In this document: positions 62,045-64,000 of the stretch, in pieces | Layout: the number at the start of each line of letters is the position of its first letter | How positions within the stretch are numbered: position 1 is the first letter of the stretch | Source of the DNA: Cetorhinus maximus | Lineage: Eukaryota | Assembly: GCF_964194155.1 (NCBI RefSeq) | Contig: NC_135896.1 | Coordinates: 97,526,001 to 97,590,000 of the forward strand | Direction of reading: 5' to 3' | DNA: 64,000 nucleotides | The notes under the pieces: model-generated | Seen by the model: only the letters and a program-made list of their open reading frames with translations | Told to the model about the DNA's origin: nothing | Databases searched by the model: none | Position numbers and translations under genes: made by a program

Positions 62045-64000
62045 TGAACATATGAATTAGGAGCAGGAGTAGGCCACTCAGCCCTTTGAGGCCTGCTCTG
62101 CCATTCACTAAGTTCATGGCTGATCTGATTTCTCCACATTCCAGCCTACCCCCTATAACCTTTCACCCTCTTACTTATCAGGAATCTATCTACCTCTGCA
62201 TTAAAAAGACTCCAAGACACTGCTTCCACCGTCTTTTGAGGAAGAGAGTTCTAAAGACTCACTACCCTCATTCTCCTCATTTCTGTCTTACATGGGTGAC
62301 CCCTTATTTTGAATCAGTGACCCCTAGTTCTAGATTCTCCAGCAAGAGGAAATATGCTTTTCACATCCACCCTATCAAGACCCTCCAGGATCTTATATGT
62401 TTCAATCAAGTTGCCTCTTCCTCTTCAAAACTCCAGCAAATACAAGCCTAGCCTGTCCAACCTTTCCTCATAAGACAACCCACCCATTCCAGGTATTAGT
62501 CTACTAAACCTTCTCTGGGCTGCTTCCAATGCATTTGCATCCTTCCTTAAATAAGGAGACCAATACTGTACACGATACTCCAGATGTGGTCTCACCAATG
62601 CCCTGTATAACTGAAGTATAAGCTCCCTATCTTTGTATTCAAATCCCCTTTGTAATAAATGATAACATTCTATTAGCCTTCTTGAACACTTGCTATACCT
62701 GCATAACAACATTTTGTGAATCATGCACTAAGACACCCAGATCCCTCTGCATCTCAGAGCTCTGCAATCTCTCACCATTTAGATAATATGCTTCTTTTTT
62801 ATTCTTCAAGCCAAAATGGACAATTTCACATTTTCCCACATTATACTCCATTTGCCAGGTCTTTGTCCACTCAGTGACCCTATCTATAAACCTATGTAGC
62901 CTCCTTTTGTCTTCTTCACAACTTATGTTCCTACCTATCTTTGTGTCATCACCAAATTTAGCAACCATACCATTGGTTCCTTCATCCAAATCATTTATAT
63001 AAATTGTAAAAAGTTGAGGCCACAGGACTGATCCCCGTGGCACACCACTTGTTACATCTTGCCAACCAGAAAATGATCCATTTATGCTTACACTCTGTTT
63101 TGTTAGTTAGCCAATCTTGTATCCATGCCAATGTGTTACCCCTACACCATGAGATTTCATTTTCAGCACTAACCTTTGATGTGGCACCTTATCAAATGCC
63201 TTCTGGAAATCTAAGTACAGCACATCAAACAGTTCCGCTTTATCCACAGCACAAGTTGCTTCCTTAAAAAACTCCAATAAATTGGTTAAACACGATTTCC
63301 CTTCATAAGACCATGTTGACTCTGCCTGATTACCTTAAAATTTTCTAAGCGCCCTGCTATAACATCTTTAATAATAACTTCTAACATTTTCCCTATGACA
63401 GATGTTAAGCTAACTGGCCTGTAGTTTCCTGCTTTCTGTCTCCCTCCCTTTTTGAATAATGGAGTTAAATTTGCTATTTTCCAATCCAATGGAATCTTCC
63501 CCGAATATAGGGAATTTTGGAAAATTAAAACCAATGCATCAACTATCCCCCTCATCACTTCGATTAAGATCCTAGGATAAAATCCATCAGGACCTAGGGA
63601 TTTGTCAGTCCGCAGCTCCAACAATTTGCTCAGTACTACTTCCCTGGTGATTGTAATTTTCTCGAGTTCCTCCCTCCCTTCTATTTACAGCTATTTATGG
63701 GATGTTACTTTTATCCTCTATAGTGGAGACTGATGCAAAATATCAGTTCAATTAATCTGCCATCTCCTTATTTTCCATTATTAATTCCCCAGACTCACTT
63801 TCTATAGGACCATTCTCACTTTGTTAACTCTTTTCTTTCTTGCACTCAAATTTTTCCTTCCTTGTTAATCCTTTAGTCATTCTTTGCTGTTTTTTTTATA
63901 TTCTGTCTAATCTTCTGACCTGCCACCTGTCTTTGCACAATTATATGCTTTTGCTTTATGTTTGACACTACCTCTAACTTCTTTAGTTAACCATGGATGG
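62045..64000 (-). mobile_element. CR1 (HER1-like) LINE ORF2 and 3'UTR, running off the window
   Basis: GPDGFYPRIL, GNYRPVSLTSVIGK, KFGDDTK, LVRPHLEY. Confidence 0.93.

Noticed and set aside
1-64000. CRISPR arrays, rRNA, prokaryotic operons
   Set aside because: No repeat-spacer periodicity or rRNA similarity; the content is vertebrate-type repeats.

Overview
Repeat-dense eukaryotic DNA, most likely a shark or other chondrichthyan (inferred from the mix of HER1-like CR1, L2, RTE, Deu-type SINEs, Penelope-like elements and Harbinger elements). I recognise no intact host protein-coding gene; there are only a few weak candidate minus-strand exons. Top signal: a near full-length, single-ORF CR1-group LINE at 47585-50781. 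Its 5' end is a tRNA-like A-box/B-box head, and its sense strand has no TTTT (Pol III terminator) for about 3.1 kb. Five SINE copies in the window are its 5' ~285 nt joined to its 3' ~70 nt. Together these suggest a Pol III-transcribed LINE/SINE pair. Also present: three transposase-less Harbinger elements carrying a decayed Myb/SANT gene, three MITEs built from tandem hairpins, Penelope tails with hammerhead motifs, a gag-only LTR element, a TTAA MITE and several templated-insertion scars. All calls are by eye; boundaries without a TSD are approximate.
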